Assembly: GCA_002269645.1 (NCBI GenBank)
Contig: NIVC01000782.1
Location: 62,001 to 126,000, forward strand
Origin: Macrostomum lignano
Lineage: Eukaryota
DNA length: 64,000 nt
Reading direction: 5' to 3'
The position numbers were made by a program, and so were the translations under genes. Below the pieces are notes generated by a model, which saw only the letters and a program-made list of their open reading frames with translations, was not told the DNA's origin and searched no databases. Shown piece by piece: positions 50,915 to 64,000 of the stretch (the stretch's first letter is position 1; each line of letters begins with the position of its first letter).

Positions 50915-53882
50915 CACTCCTAAAATTCCTAATGTGTCAGTCTGGTAATTGTGGCTCTTTGTGTGTCCCTAGGTAGTTGCAGCACTCTGTGTGACTGTGT
51001 ATCACAGAGTGTCTCTCTGTGTCTTTCAGGCATTTAGGGTGTAAATCTCAGTTGCTTTAGGTGTCACATAATGTGTACGCACTCCAGGTGTGCACTCCAG
51101 GTGTCACTCTCATCTCTCATCCAGCAGGTACAGCTGTCACTCTCATCTCTCATCCAGCAGGTACAGCTGTCACTCTCATCTCTCATCCAGCAGGTACAGC
51201 TGTCACTCTCATCTCTCATCCAGCAGGTACAGCTGTCACTCTCATCTCTCATCCAGCAGGTACAGCTGTCACTCTCATCTCTCATCCAGCAGGTACAGCT
51301 GTCACTCTCATCTCTCATCCAGCAGGTACAGCTGTCACTCTCATCTCTCACAGGCACTCCAGCTCTCACTGTCATCGCTGACAAGCACTCCAGCTGTCAC
51401 TCTCATCACTCACAGACACTCCAGCTGTCACTCTCATCACTGACAAGCACTCCAGCTCTCACTGTCATCACTGACAAGCACTCCAGCTGTCACTCTATTC
51501 ACTCACAGGCACTCTAGCTGTCACTCTCATCACTTACAAGCACTCCAGCTGTCACTCTCATCACTCACAGACACTCCAGCTGTCACTCTCATCACTGACA
51601 AGCACTCCAGCTTTCACTCTCATCACTGACAAGCACTCCAGCTGTCACTCTCATCACTCACAGACACTCCAGCTGTCACTCTCATCACTGATAAGCACTC
51701 CAGCTCTCACTGTCATCACTGACAAGCACTCCAGCTGTCACTCTATTCACTCACAGGCACTCTAGCTGTCACTCTCATCACTTACAGGCACTCCAGCTGT
51801 CACTCTCATCACTCACAGACACTCCAGCTGTCACTCTCATCACTGACAAGCACTCCAGCTTTCACTCTCATCACTGACAAGCACTCAGATGTCACTCTTA
51901 TCACTCACAGGCACTCCAGCTGTCACTCTCATCACTCACAGGCACTCCAGCTGTCACTCTCATCACTTACAGGCACTCCAGCTGTCACTCTCATCACTCA
52001 CAGACACTCCAGCTGTCACTCTCATCACTGACAAGCACTCCAGCTTTCACTCTCATCACTGACAAGCACTCAGATGTCACTCTTATCACTCACAGGCACT
52101 CCAGCTGTCACTCTCATCACTCACAGGCACTCCAGCTGTCACTCTCATCACTCACAGGCACTCCAGCTCTCACTCCCATCACTCACAGGCACTCCAGCTG
52201 TCACTTCCATCACTCACAGGCACTCCAGCTTTCACTCTCATCACTGACAAGCACTCAGATGTCACTCTCATCACTCACAGGCACTCCAGATGTCACTCTC
52301 ATCTCTCATCCAGCAGGTACAGCAACAGGTCCAGGCTGATAAGGATCAAAGGTCAAATTGTCTTTCAATGCATACTTTGGCGAGATCTTCAAGGGTATGT
52401 GTTCTTTGTGTTTTTTATTCTTTTCGTATATTCCAATTGCTTTTATACCAGTTCTAAAGAATATCTAATTAAGTTTTTCCTTGCCTTGCTTAAAGACAAC
52501 TATTGTTAGATTTTTTATTTCCAAATCTTTCTAATGACAGTGAAGGTGCCCAACTGGTCTGCTGATCATGCCATCAACTCTCTAAATTACTCAATGCAGG
52601 ACCCTATCCTCCGAGTTCTCTCTGGATTGCATCAAAAGGCCATCCAGACCTTCTGCGATCGCGTCTGAAGGTGCAAGAGCGCCAGACCAACAATCGTGGA
52701 GTGTCAGTGGGGGAAGCAATCGCGACAATGAAGGAGCTGACATGGCGCCTCTGCCGCCACCTGTGATGACAAAGCATCTGCTGACTCTGGCTGTAAGTGC
52801 TGATAATGCAGCCGTTTGGTTCACAACATTTATCTAGCTAGCTAGCTTTTTGCATTCATGTGTTCTTCATCTATCATATTGTATTATTTTGTATTTGTTT
52901 TCTGTATCTTTTTATTCGTTTTCCGTACTCATTTTCTGTATATATTTCATTATTGTTATTATGCTGTTTCTCGACGTTTCCTTGCATCCACATGTAATAC
53001 AGTTACTCTCTTGACGCGTTCTGCAGAAATTGCTGAGTGTAATCTTTATAATTGCATAATATACAATGCATTGAGTTAATTAAGTAGCCAATCATTATTG
53101 TGCTTCACTCTTCAGGCAGAATAATATTTTAAATAATATATTATTTTGCTAAGTACTATGAAAACCGATTTGTTTATTTTTATGCAAGCTAGTCGATGCA
53201 AAAGCAAATTCGGAAAAATACAACCTAATCGTAATTTAGTCGGATATTAGCGTCACATTTCGATCGGATTGCACGAGACAAATTCCTGCAGAAATTCCGA
53301 TCGGATTCCGACAAACCTTTTTTACTGGGAGAATGAGCACAAGCAAGGTGCACATGTCACTGATTGGCAGCCTTCGTATCGATTTCTGTTGCTCCAAATA
53401 ATGTTTCAGCACATGCGACTGATGACTGCATGCATCAGAAGAGAGCGATTTGGCCTCTCCCTTATTTTATAATGCTATCTGTGGAAAACTAATTATTCAA
53501 TATTCATATTCATAACGAAAAAAATGTAGTTAAAGGGATAATGAGGAATAAAATTAATTTCAAAACAAACAAATAGATACAAACAAAGAGATATATAGAC
53601 TTTGTTTGTGAATATAAATCTTCGCTTATTACTCTGGTAGCCTGAATAGTAGTAACTCAAGAATTTCCTCTTGTTTAAATTCTGAGGAGGGAAAAATTAG
53701 GAGAACCCCGGGGGAGAGTACGCTCGTACATATACTGTACTCGGTAGCTAAAAATAGCTACAGAAAATAGCCAAGCACGTACGAGCGTACAATTGAAGAG
53801 CTGCGGCAAATCCACGGTTTTTCCGGCCTATCATAGGCGTACATATTTTTCAGGGTGCACACAGCAACGGCCTGTTTGGTTG

Positions 53883-54241
53883 TGAGGTGCCGGGCGTGTT
53901 TTGATGTACTGCACTGCACCTGACTCACCTGAGTCCAATTATGAGTAACTCTAACTAGCCAGCCAGCCTAACTAACCAAACCGGCCTACTCCGGTGTACG
54001 CTGCTCTGCGTACTTTTTCTCTCTCTCCCCCTTGACATGATAATATTCAGTAGTGATCGATTCTGAGTTTTAAGCCCACTTACTTGTTTGTCTTTTAAGC
54101 CTATATATTGGTCTCGCCACCTACCACCTCGTATCTCACATTCATTGCAATAATTCGCTCATCTCAAATACACAACTTCGTACTTGACTCAAACCAAGCC
54201 CACGGGCGGCCTTGTCATCGTTTACTGGGCGCGACTTGACA
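53883..54241. mobile_element. Probable solo LTR (359 bp)
   Basis: Absent from the paralogue at about 31598; TG...CA termini with 5-bp TSD GGTTG (alternative parse TGT...ACA with 3-bp GGT); TATA-like ctatatatt at about 54100. Confidence 0.6.
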
Positions 54242-56984
54242 GGTTGGTTTATGTCTGAATCTGAGTTTGAGGACTTTCATTGTATTTAAAGCATTTCTAA
54301 ACACACTACTTACCGCAAGCACTCATATTCACAGAAAGCTGTCACCGCATTTCGTCAGTTTCAAATAACAAAACGCAGCAAAACGCCAGCAAATGCTGTT
54401 TCCTTGTCGATTTTCAAGACTCAAACTGAGCACCTTCAGTTTATTAAAAAAACATTCTTCAGAAAGAAGAAAACATGCGAATGTTATTTTGCATTTATTC
54501 TCTTAACATATTCTGAAGACAGAAGAACTGTACAATTTAATGAGCGTCGCGAAAATCTAAGACTTTTACCCGAGTTTATCTACTGCGGTTAGTAGAGCAC
54601 TAAGTGTTTTTGCAGTAGTAGCATTTCAGATGGGGGGACGGTGGGACTGGGCTGGCATTAACCATGGAGCTGCGAGTTTTCAGAGCCCTGTCTCTCACCC
54701 TGTCTCTCACCTTGTCTCTCCTTCTCACCCTGTCTCTCCCTCTCACCCTGTCTCTCCCTCTCACCCTGTATCTCCCCTGTCTCTCCCTCTCACCCTGTCT
54801 CTCCTTCTCACCCTGTCTCTCCCTCTCACCCTGTCTCTCCCTCTCACCCTGTCTCTCTCCTGTCTCTCCCTCTCACCCTGTATCTCCCCTGTCTCTCCTT
54901 CTCACCCTGTCTCTCCCTCTCACCCTGTCTCTCCCTCTCACCCTGTCTCTCTCCTGTCTCTCCCTCTCACCCTGTATCTCCCCTGTCTCTCCCTCTCACC
55001 CTGTCTCTCACCTTGTCTCTCCTTCTCACCCTGTCTCTCCCTCTCACCCTGTCTCTCCCCTGTCTCTCCCCTGTCTCTCCCCTGTCTCTCCCTGTCTCTC
55101 CCCTGTCTCTCCCTGTCTCTCCCCTGTCTCTCTCCTGTCTCTCCCTCTCACCCTGTATCTACCCTGTCTCTCTCCTGTCTAACCCTGTCCTCTCACCCCT
55201 CACTCCTCTCCTCTCTCCTCTCACCCTGTCTCTCTCCTGTCTCTCCCTCTCACCCTGTCTCTCCCCTGTCTCTCTCCTGTCTCTCCCTCTCACCCTGTAT
55301 CTCCCCTGTCTCTCCCCTGTCTCTCTCCTGTCTCTCCCTCTCACCCTGTCTCTCCCCTGTCTCTCCCCTGTCTCTCCCCTGTCTCTCCCTGTCTCTCCCC
55401 TGTCTCTCTCCTGTCTCTCCCTCTCACCCTGTATCTCCCCTGTCTCTCCCCTGTCTCTCTCCTGTCTCTCCCTCTCACCCTGTCTCTCCCCTGTCTCTCC
55501 CCTGTCTCTCCCCTGTCTCTCCCTGTCTCTCCCTGTCTCTCCCCTGTCTCTCTCCTGTCTCTCCCTCTCACCCTGTCTCTCCCCTGTCTCTCCCCTGTCT
55601 CTCCCCTGTCTCTCCCTGTCTCTCCCTGTCTCTCCCCTGTCTCTCCCCTGTCTCTCCCCTGTCTCTCCCTGTCTCTCCCTGTCTCTCCCCTGTCTCTCCC
55701 CTGTCTCTCCCTGTCTCTCCCTGTCTCTCCCCTGTCTCTCACCCTGTCTCTCCCCTGTCTTTCCCTGTCTCTCCCTGTCTCTCCCCTGTCTTTCCCTGTC
55801 TCTCCCCTGTCTCTCCCCTGTCTCTCCCTGTCTCTCCCTGTCTCTCCCCTGTCTCTCACCCTGTCTCTCCCCTGTCTCTCCCCTGTCTCTCCCTGTCTCT
55901 CCCTGTCTCTCCCCTGTCTCTCACCCTGTCTCTCCCCTGTCTTTCCCCTGTCTCTCCCTGTCTCTACCCTGTCTCTCTCCTGTCTAACCCTGTCCTCTCA
56001 CCCCTCACTCCTCTCCTCTCTCCTCTCACCCTGTCTCTCCCCTTTCTCTCCCTCTATTGTGTTGTTGTTGCTCCCTATAACGTGCTGTTGGGGTCACCAA
56101 CTCCATGGCCGCAAACCTGTAAGCTGAGGCCTTCAACAAGTGGCAGTTGAGATGGCAGCGCTGCATTGAGAAGGGTGGCTACTAGTGTTGAAAAGTGCCG
56201 TTTGTTCTGCTTCTGTTGTTTCTTGGATTCCTGATTACAGCACCTGTCCGATATTTCACCGGACAACATCGGACTCAGAATGCTTATAGAATATTAGAAT
56301 AAGTGAATTACAGCAAGCAGTACAATGTAAAAGATTTGAAAATAGAAAAACAGTACAATTTTCTATTTTTAGCACTGCTAGAAGCCATACAGTTGGGTTC
56401 GCGAGGAAAGGCTCAAATCTCGCGAGAATCTGTGTGTAACTCTCTCTCCATTGGCTGAGCGTTTATTGAGCTTGTAGGCTGAATCGAGAGAGAAAACCCC
56501 CTGGGGATGGGGATAATTGGGGTTGGTGCATGCATGGTGTGCGAAATGGGGGGTCCAGGGCTTGTACGAGCTCACAGAGATTTGCTTGATATATTTCGGA
56601 GTGTAGTTATATAAATAGTCTCAAAGCAGTGAAAATTGTTGCCTAGAAAGTTGCACACTAAGATTCTCGTAATCGTTATACAATTAATTTTAAATTAGAA
56701 TTTTGAGATTTTTGTTGAATAACAGCAATGAGTACTTTTATGTTAACATTAATGTAAAAAATTCATTAATTCCAGCGAAGTGAAAAATTTGCGTTTTTTA
56801 TGCAGTTTACAATGTTAATTACAAAATAAGTAGTGAGCAACATGACAATGGAGGGATAATATAGTGTGCACCGTCAAGAGTTTCCAGTTCATTCATCTGC
56901 CGACAGTTCGTCTTGTAAAACAAAATGTTTTACAATATACACCTAAAATAAGAAAGCTTAACTTAAAACCCAATCTCGAACTTC

Positions 56985-57487
56985 GTGAGTGTGAGCGAGT
57001 GAGAGAGTGAGTGTGAGCGAGTGAGTGACTGTGAGTGAGTGTGAGCGAGTGAGAGAGTAAGTGTGAGCGAGTGAGTGACTGTGAGCGACTGAGTGAGTGT
57101 GAGTGAGTGAGTGTGAGTGAGTGAGTGTGAGCGAGTGAGTGAGTGTGAGTGAGTGACTGTGAGCGACTGAGTGAGTGTGAGTGAGTGAGTGTGAGTGAGT
57201 GAGTGTGAGCGAGTGGGTGATTGTGAGCGACTGAGTGAGTGTGAGTGAGTGAGTGAGTGTGAGCGAGTGAGTGACTGTGAGCGACTGAGTGAGTGTGAGT
57301 GAGTGAGTGTGAGTGAGTGAGTGTGAGTGAGTGAGTGTGAGCGAGTGGGTGATTGTGAGCGACTGAGTGAGTGTGAGTGAGTGAGTGAGTGTGAGTGAGT
57401 GCGAGCGAGTGGGTGATTGTGAGCGACTGAATGAGTGTGAGTGAGTGAATGTGAGCGAGTGGGTGAGTGTGAGTGAGTGAGTGAGTG
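56985..57487 (+). repeat. (GAGT)n/GTGA-type microsatellite inside the Tc1-like element
   Basis: Simple repeat. Confidence 0.9.
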
Positions 57488-58469
57488 ATTGAAGTTAATT
57501 TGCAAGCTAAGTCATTATAGTGAGTTCTTTGCGTGCTGTTTTTATCGCTATACAAACCGAAACAATAGGCCAAAAGTTGGAACTGAAAAAGACTGACAAA
57601 AGATGACGATATGTGACTTTTAAGGTGAGCTGTTATAAATATATTTTTAATAAATATATTTTTATCACGATGCAAGCCAGTCAGTTATTTAGACTATAGT
57701 CTGCTTTTCAATCGTACCAATAGGCCTAAATTGAAAAAAAGTTACTCTATAGGGTTGGCTTGTGTGTAACGATCCACAACTAGTCACAATCAATGCGCAT
57801 AAGGAGAAAAGGGGCTTGACGACAGTGACCATAAATTAACTCTGCTCATTCAAGCTTGAATTGACAGCCACCCCGCCCACCTTTTCGAAGTCCCAAAGTC
57901 TGAACCATGGAGCACGGTATTTGCAGTAGACTGTTATAGTTTGATCCCCATTCCCCATTTGTTCAGAGAATAAGAGGCTTGGCTGACTTCGGACTATTCG
58001 AATACTTTATTCGGACTATCGTAAAATAGAGGCTCTGTGGACAAATAAATGACTCACCCTGGTGAAGGATTGAAACGGAGAAGGGCGAGCATCATAGCTT
58101 GCTTTGCCTCAAACCGGCTAATAGGACTGGGTAGTGAAACTGCCTGTCGGTATACACCAACAAGAGGGTGCCTTAGCTCCGAGAACACCCACCCCATGGC
58201 CCCGCACCGAGCAAACTACGAGCGTTGCTGAGAGTCCCCGTGTTACAAACAAGAAGCAGGCAAACAAGCTTAAAATCCTGAGGGAAGTCATGACTGTAAC
58301 ATGACAGCGGGCAGTACGGAAAAATATTATCTATAAATTTGTTGCACATCTCAACAGCCAGTAGCTTCCAGAATTCTTCAATTCCATCGGCCAGTGCTTG
58401 CTCCGTCTTTGGCTTGATCTTCTTTTCCAGATGATCCTTGAGGTGGCTCCACAGAATAGCCGAATGGGT

Positions 58470-58823
58470 TGCTTTTCAACTTGATCATCTGGCAATACTG
58501 TGTTGTTGTTCGAACCCAACCCAGCAGTCGCCGAATTCTCTTCATTGTGCAGATAGAAAGGCGCAAACCAAACTTTAATCTCACCCTATTGCACAAGTCT
58601 TGAGCTGAAACTTGGCCCATGGCGTCAAGCAGCGCATCGATGAAGCCCCCATTTTCGGGGCAGAGATTTATCCTTGCTAATTTTTGTCCTTGACAGAGTA
58701 GGATGGCGCCTGATGGCACGCCGGGAAGACCTGAATTTCGCTACTAATTTCAGCTACACTTCTTTTCTCTAAGTAAAACTTTGACAGGAGATCAATACGT
58801 TGCTTGTCCGTCAGGCGACGTCC
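58470..58823 (-). pseudogene. Transposase N-terminal HTH remnants (frameshifted, no DDE core seen)
   Basis: GRRLTDKQRIDLLSKFYLEKRSVAEIS, then in another frame FID...SAQDL..R...FG..LS..TMKRIRRLLGW....QYCQMI. Confidence 0.65.
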
Positions 58824-58881
58824 AATCTACATTTGCAAGCTTCGTGAAATTGCTGTTAGTCTTCCTATTAGCTGTGTCAGA

Positions 58882-59051
58882 CAGGCGCGGATCCAGAAAA
58901 TTTTTGTGGGGGGGGCAACTATAGATATACCAAACACTACAACCCCATATTGGAAAGTAGACCTGGCATAGTAGCAGGCCAAAAAAGTATGATCAAAATT
59001 TCTTTGGCCGCGGCCATGGCCCCCTTGGCCCCCCCTCTGGATCCGCCCCTG
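58882..59051. mobile_element. hAT-type MITE (170 bp) nested in the Tc1-like element
   Basis: TIR CAGG(C/G)GCGGATCCAGA 15/16 match; 8-bp TSD GTGTCAGA at 58874-58881 and 59052-59059. Confidence 0.85.
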
Positions 59052-62000
59052 GTGTCAGACAGTGTATTTTCGATGGGGAAAAACAAGAAAGGGTTTGCCA
59101 TAAAAAACGATGAGAAACTGTTAAGGTGGACGCCGAAAAAGCGGGTGTCACGTTATTGGCGTAGAGGTTATGACCCTCAAAAGGGCCGTTTTACGAGAGT
59201 TGTCGTAAGACGTAGTCCCAAATGAATCGAGTCAAGTCTTGATAGCGGATTTGTGTAGCGGAGCACTTGGCATACAAGGCCGGAAACTGGCCGTAGTTGG
59301 TTATTATTGTTGAGATCAATATTCAATGCGGTTAATATCAATATAGAACTTATTGCGCTTTTGGGGCACTGGCGGCTGCAACAATGGTTTTGAATTGAAG
59401 GTGAATTAGAGATTGTAGTCGAGTGGTAGGCGAGTGATGCAAGACGATGCAACGTGGTGAGTAACGGCGATGAGTACAACAGTGGCAGATGCGTAGTGGT
59501 GAGATTGGCGTTAGCCGTGGCAGACAGTGGCAGGCAGTGTAAACAGGCTGGCCCAGACAGAGAGAAGGAAAACAAGGCTAGGCAAGGCTAGGCAAGCCAG
59601 ACGGGACGGAGGACAAGCAAACCAGCAAACAAGTGAGGAGTGCTCGCCGCCAGGCGGGGGGGGGTTTAATAAAGGAGCGCAGAGGGGGTAGCGCGAAGCA
59701 CGAGCGGTTTTCATTGGCTGGCGAGAGAACTTAAAATTATCGATCGTGCCAAAATTATACGGTCGCGAGAGAGGATAGCAAAATATACAGTGAATTAGAA
59801 ATTGCCACAAAATCGTTGGGCACTACTACAAGTAAACGTTAAAATAAACTATTGGAGAAATTAATATGAGAAATTACAAGGGAAAATATAGTCCAACGGT
59901 CCTTTTCGGGACCACCTTAAACTGACAACGTCACACGGGCAACCTCAATAACCAACCCACCTCAAACAGCGCTCAATCTTACTCTCCCCAGTTAATGGCT
60001 CAGCCAATGACGAACGAGTTACACACAGATTCTCGCGAGACCCCTCGCGAGATCTCGCGAGAATTGAGCCTTTCCTCGCGAACCCAACTGTACGCTGCGC
60101 CGGCAAAACCGTGGAAAGACCGGGTATCTATTTGAAAATTCTCAGAGCTCAGAGCTCTGACGCAGAGCTTGCCGGCGCAGCGTATGCTCTGTTGTTTTTT
60201 TGCTCAGAGCAAAAAAAATGCTCTGTTGTTTCTTGGATTCCTGATTACAGCACCTGTCCGATATTTCACTCTGCTAGCTCAGAGCTGCAAGAACTTGAAC
60301 TTGCTCAGAACTTGCAGCTTGCAGCTTGAGAGCTCACAAAGCTCAAAGCTCAGAGTGCTTCAGCTTCTGGCAACACTAATTTAATTCACGAGCAGGTAGA
60401 ATGAGCCTCATGAGAATGAGGTAGAATGGTGACCGGGCCCCTCATGTATTAGGAGGGGGAGGTCGGGGGCCATAGAAAACAACACAGTCCAATGAGTGTG
60501 TTGGACTCATAGTGGACATAGAAAACTCACTATGAGATGTACGATGATTTCACGTTATCATAAGTTATCATAAGGCACTCAGGTAATAAATAAATAGCCT
60601 GCTATAATACGATGTAGCACTAACAATTTATATTTATATATATATATTCAAAACACACTTAAGCTTAAGCATTCAGCTCGATCTCTCTCGACACATCGCA
60701 AATCAGCCATCGTTGCGGCCAGCAATGCCAGCAGCAGACGTCAGCGAGCAGCTCAGCAGCAGCCCGACAGCCACCTGCAGCCCCACCGTTGCGGCCTGGG
60801 ACGCAGAGCTCATGGCAGATTCGCAGGTTGGTTTTTGAGCTTCTGTGATTCTCAAGCATTAGTGAGGCTTGACAGCCCTGAGTGCATGCTGAAATTCTTT
60901 TTCTCTGAAATCCGGCTTTTCAGAGACCTTCGCAACCTGCTGGCTGAGCGATGGCAGCTGCATCTCAGTGTGTGAATCAATGTGACTCACACTGACACAT
61001 TTGTACAGATGAAATGAGACGAGATGTCAGTGATTTGCTTCAAATATCGACTGTCATACATATTATATTCAGTTAATATTCTGTTGATGTTGCGTTAAAA
61101 TCCATAATACTGCAGCAGTGAAAGCGACTCCTACCGCCCGAAAACCCCAGGGCTCAACCGAATCGAATCAGTTAATCTACTTGGGCACAGGTAAACAAAG
61201 TTCAATAAGCAACTTATTGATTTTGAAAAATGTGATAAACACAGGAGCTGCTACAGGACAGCTGTGATACACTGGCACACATCACATGCACATTTTCATC
61301 TTAATTAACATGAAAAGCCCAGGTACTGCAACAGTTTATCAGCCTTGATTGAGCTCAGATAGAATTATAGAATGAGCACAAGAGACGTCACTGAATGGCA
61401 GCCTTCAAATCGATTTCTGTTGCTCCAAATGTTGTTTCAGGACATGCGACTGATGACTGCATGCGTCAGAGCGATTTAGGCTTCTCCCTTCTGTTTGCTT
61501 CTCTGCTTCTGCCTATTTATTAATAATTAATGCGCAGGCCGATAAATGCTGATTTTCATATTTTATAATATTATCCGTGGCAAACTAATTATTCAATATT
61601 TTAACTAAAAAAACAAATACAAACGGCTAATAAGGAATAGAATCTCCATTTGTGAATATAAATCTTCTGGTAGCCTGAACAGTAGTAACTCGAGAATTTG
61701 TCTTGTTTTTTAAATTCTGGGGAGAGAAGAATTGAGAGAATCCCGGGGGAGACGTTCGCTCGTGCATATACGTACACGGTAGCTAAAAATAGCCACAGAA
61801 AATATCTGCGTACAACGTACCAGCGTACATTTCAAGAGCTGCGGTAAATCCACCGATTTTCTAAACATACTACTCACTGCTACTCATATTTATTGAAACT
61901 GTCGCCTCATTCCATCAGCTTCAAATAGCAAAATGCAGCCAACGCCAGCAAATGCTGTTTTTTGTCGATTCTGAAGACTCAAACGGAGCACCTTCAGTTT

Positions 62001-62237
62001 ATTTAAAACAATTGAAATATTTCGACAGAGCATTCAACTGAGAATGAAGCAGATCGCAAATGCAGCCTGAATACCTGACAGTAGTATGCAAAGGATATTA
62101 TTATTATTATTGATAGAAATGGCACATTTAACATTGCAATCGCATTCGCCTATTAGAATAGACGCAATCAGGCTTTGAGTCCGGGCCGATATGTATCGAA
62201 AAGGCCCAGCATGCAGTGCGAATTGCAGCCTGAGTGA

Positions 62238-62448
<211 letters not shown>

Positions 62449-64000
62449 CTGTGCGGGGGGGGGGAGCGGCGACTGCGGTTTGTTGGTGCTGTGGTGTCAC
62501 TCTGGGGGTCACTCTGGGTGTCACTTTGGGTAGCTGCGGCACTCTGTGTATTACTCTGGGTAGCTGCAGCACTCTGTGTGTCACTCTGGGTAGCTGCGGC
62601 ACTCTGTGTGTCACTCTCATCACTCACAAGCACTCTAAAAGTCGCTGCAAAAACCAAAAGTCACTCACCTGAAATCCGGGCACTCCTCAGCCTCGTGCCC
62701 AGTCACGCAGACGCGTCGGACATGCCGGAGCCGACGGCGAACAGGCCACAGCGGAGCTTCTTGATATTTGATGATGAGCCGGCGGGGCAGGATGCAGCCC
62801 TTCAAACTGAGGTGAGGCTCATCCATGAAGAGCGTGAGCACAACCGAGCACATGAGGCAGAGGGGCAGGAGAGAAACCCTGGGCTCAGGGCAGGGCCTGT
62901 ACGAGCCTGGGGCGGGTGTATTTTTAGCACGCCTGGAGTTTTACAGTTTGTTTCTCTGTCTGCCCGGCTGTGCCTGGGCGCTCCGCCCCTCCGCTCGCCG
63001 CCCACGCAAATGATACAGCCAAGGACGACTTAAGTAGAAGGACGGGAAACCTCGTTTCTTAGAAATTTTAGAAGGCAGGTGTTTCCGAAAAAATACACTA
63101 CGGAGATAGGAAGTTTTAATTTTTTCAGCACAAAAATTGTTATTGCTTTCGATAGGAGACCGATCCAGTGTTCATTTTTTGATATGTTGCACAATGACGT
63201 CACCATACAGCTGTAAATTGGCGAGTTTTGCTATGTTTCCAAACTTACCATGACATGACTTGCTTGAGGCAATCTTCCTAATAAACTTGCGGTCTAATCA
63301 TTTTCAAGTTGAACAAGTTTTGCATGTCTCAAAAATAGGAGGTTGATTGTGAGTATTGTGAGAATTGTGTGATTATTGTGTGCCATCTCTCTACAAGGTA
63401 ATTAAGGTAATACAAAATGCCTTAAACTTAAAAATACTTTCTATGAAAAGATGCAGAGCAGGGCAGAGCATCACTATAAATGATATAACTGCACATTTGG
63501 TAGTTCTTATCTAGTATTACACTATTACACTAGACATATAAGATTCATATCGATCTCTTGGAACATCTCAAATCCCTCAGACTCCGAGTCCAGAAGCCCA
63601 GCAATGCCAGCAGCGGACGATGTCAGCGAGCAGCTCAGCAGCAGCCCGACAGTCACGTGCAGCCCCATCGTTACGGCGTGGGACGCAGAGCTCATGCCGG
63701 TCTCTGGCAGATTCGCAGGTGGGTTTTGAGCTTCTGTGACTGCTTATTGCATAAACATTAGTTACTGAGGCCTGACAGCCCTGACTGCATGCTGAAATTC
63801 TTTCTCCGGCTTTTCAGAGACCTTCGCAACCTGATGGCGGCTGAGCGATGGCAGCTGCATTTCTGTGTGTGAATCAATGTGACTCACACTGACACATTTG
63901 TACAGATGAAATGAGATGAGATGTCAGTAATTTGCTTCAAATATTGACTTTTCATACATATTATATTCAGTTATTGAATCTGCCGATGATGCGTTAAAAT

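Larger units (their letters stand above)
56390..60090 (-). mobile_element. Non-autonomous Tc1/mariner-like DNA transposon (3,701 bp)
   Basis: 27-bp perfect TIR CAGTTGGGTTCGCGAGGAAAGGCTCAA; TA TSD at 56388-56389 and 60091-60092; empty site gaagccaTAcgctgcg at about 33540. Confidence 0.9.

Overview
Eukaryotic (animal) genomic DNA. GC-rich exons and minisatellite-filled introns suggest an invertebrate such as a macrostomid flatworm (inference only). (1) 6.7-14.7 kb holds a six-exon NSD/Mes-4-family chromatin gene (PWWP-PHDx4-PWWP-AWS-SET-PHD). Its SET domain lacks the catalytic motifs and contains an in-frame TAA, and every intron is filled with a different minisatellite. (2) Much of the rest is a patchwork of segmental duplications: the gene's 3' end (terminal PHD exon plus about 1.5 kb) occurs 7 times, including a ~2-kb inverted repeat. 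(3) A 15,787-bp Polinton/Maverick (adintovirus-like) element lies at 35128-50914. It has AGT...ACT termini, a 6-bp TSD (CACTCC) and an empty paralogous site at 29187. It encodes integrase and pPolB (both disrupted), an adenain protease, packaging ATPase, major and minor capsid proteins, PLA2X, GasderminX-like, pX-like and coiled-coil proteins, plus a small ORF inside each TIR. (4) Smaller mobile elements: a 920-bp Ngaro/PAT-type tyrosine-recombinase derivative with split direct repeats, a probable solo LTR, and a 3.7-kb Tc1/mariner derivative with a nested hAT-type MITE. The Ngaro, LTR and Tc1 elements also have empty-site paralogues in the window. No rRNA, tRNA or CRISPR array was recognised. 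All family assignments come from motif recognition by eye; no searches were run, and repeat/block boundaries are approximate.
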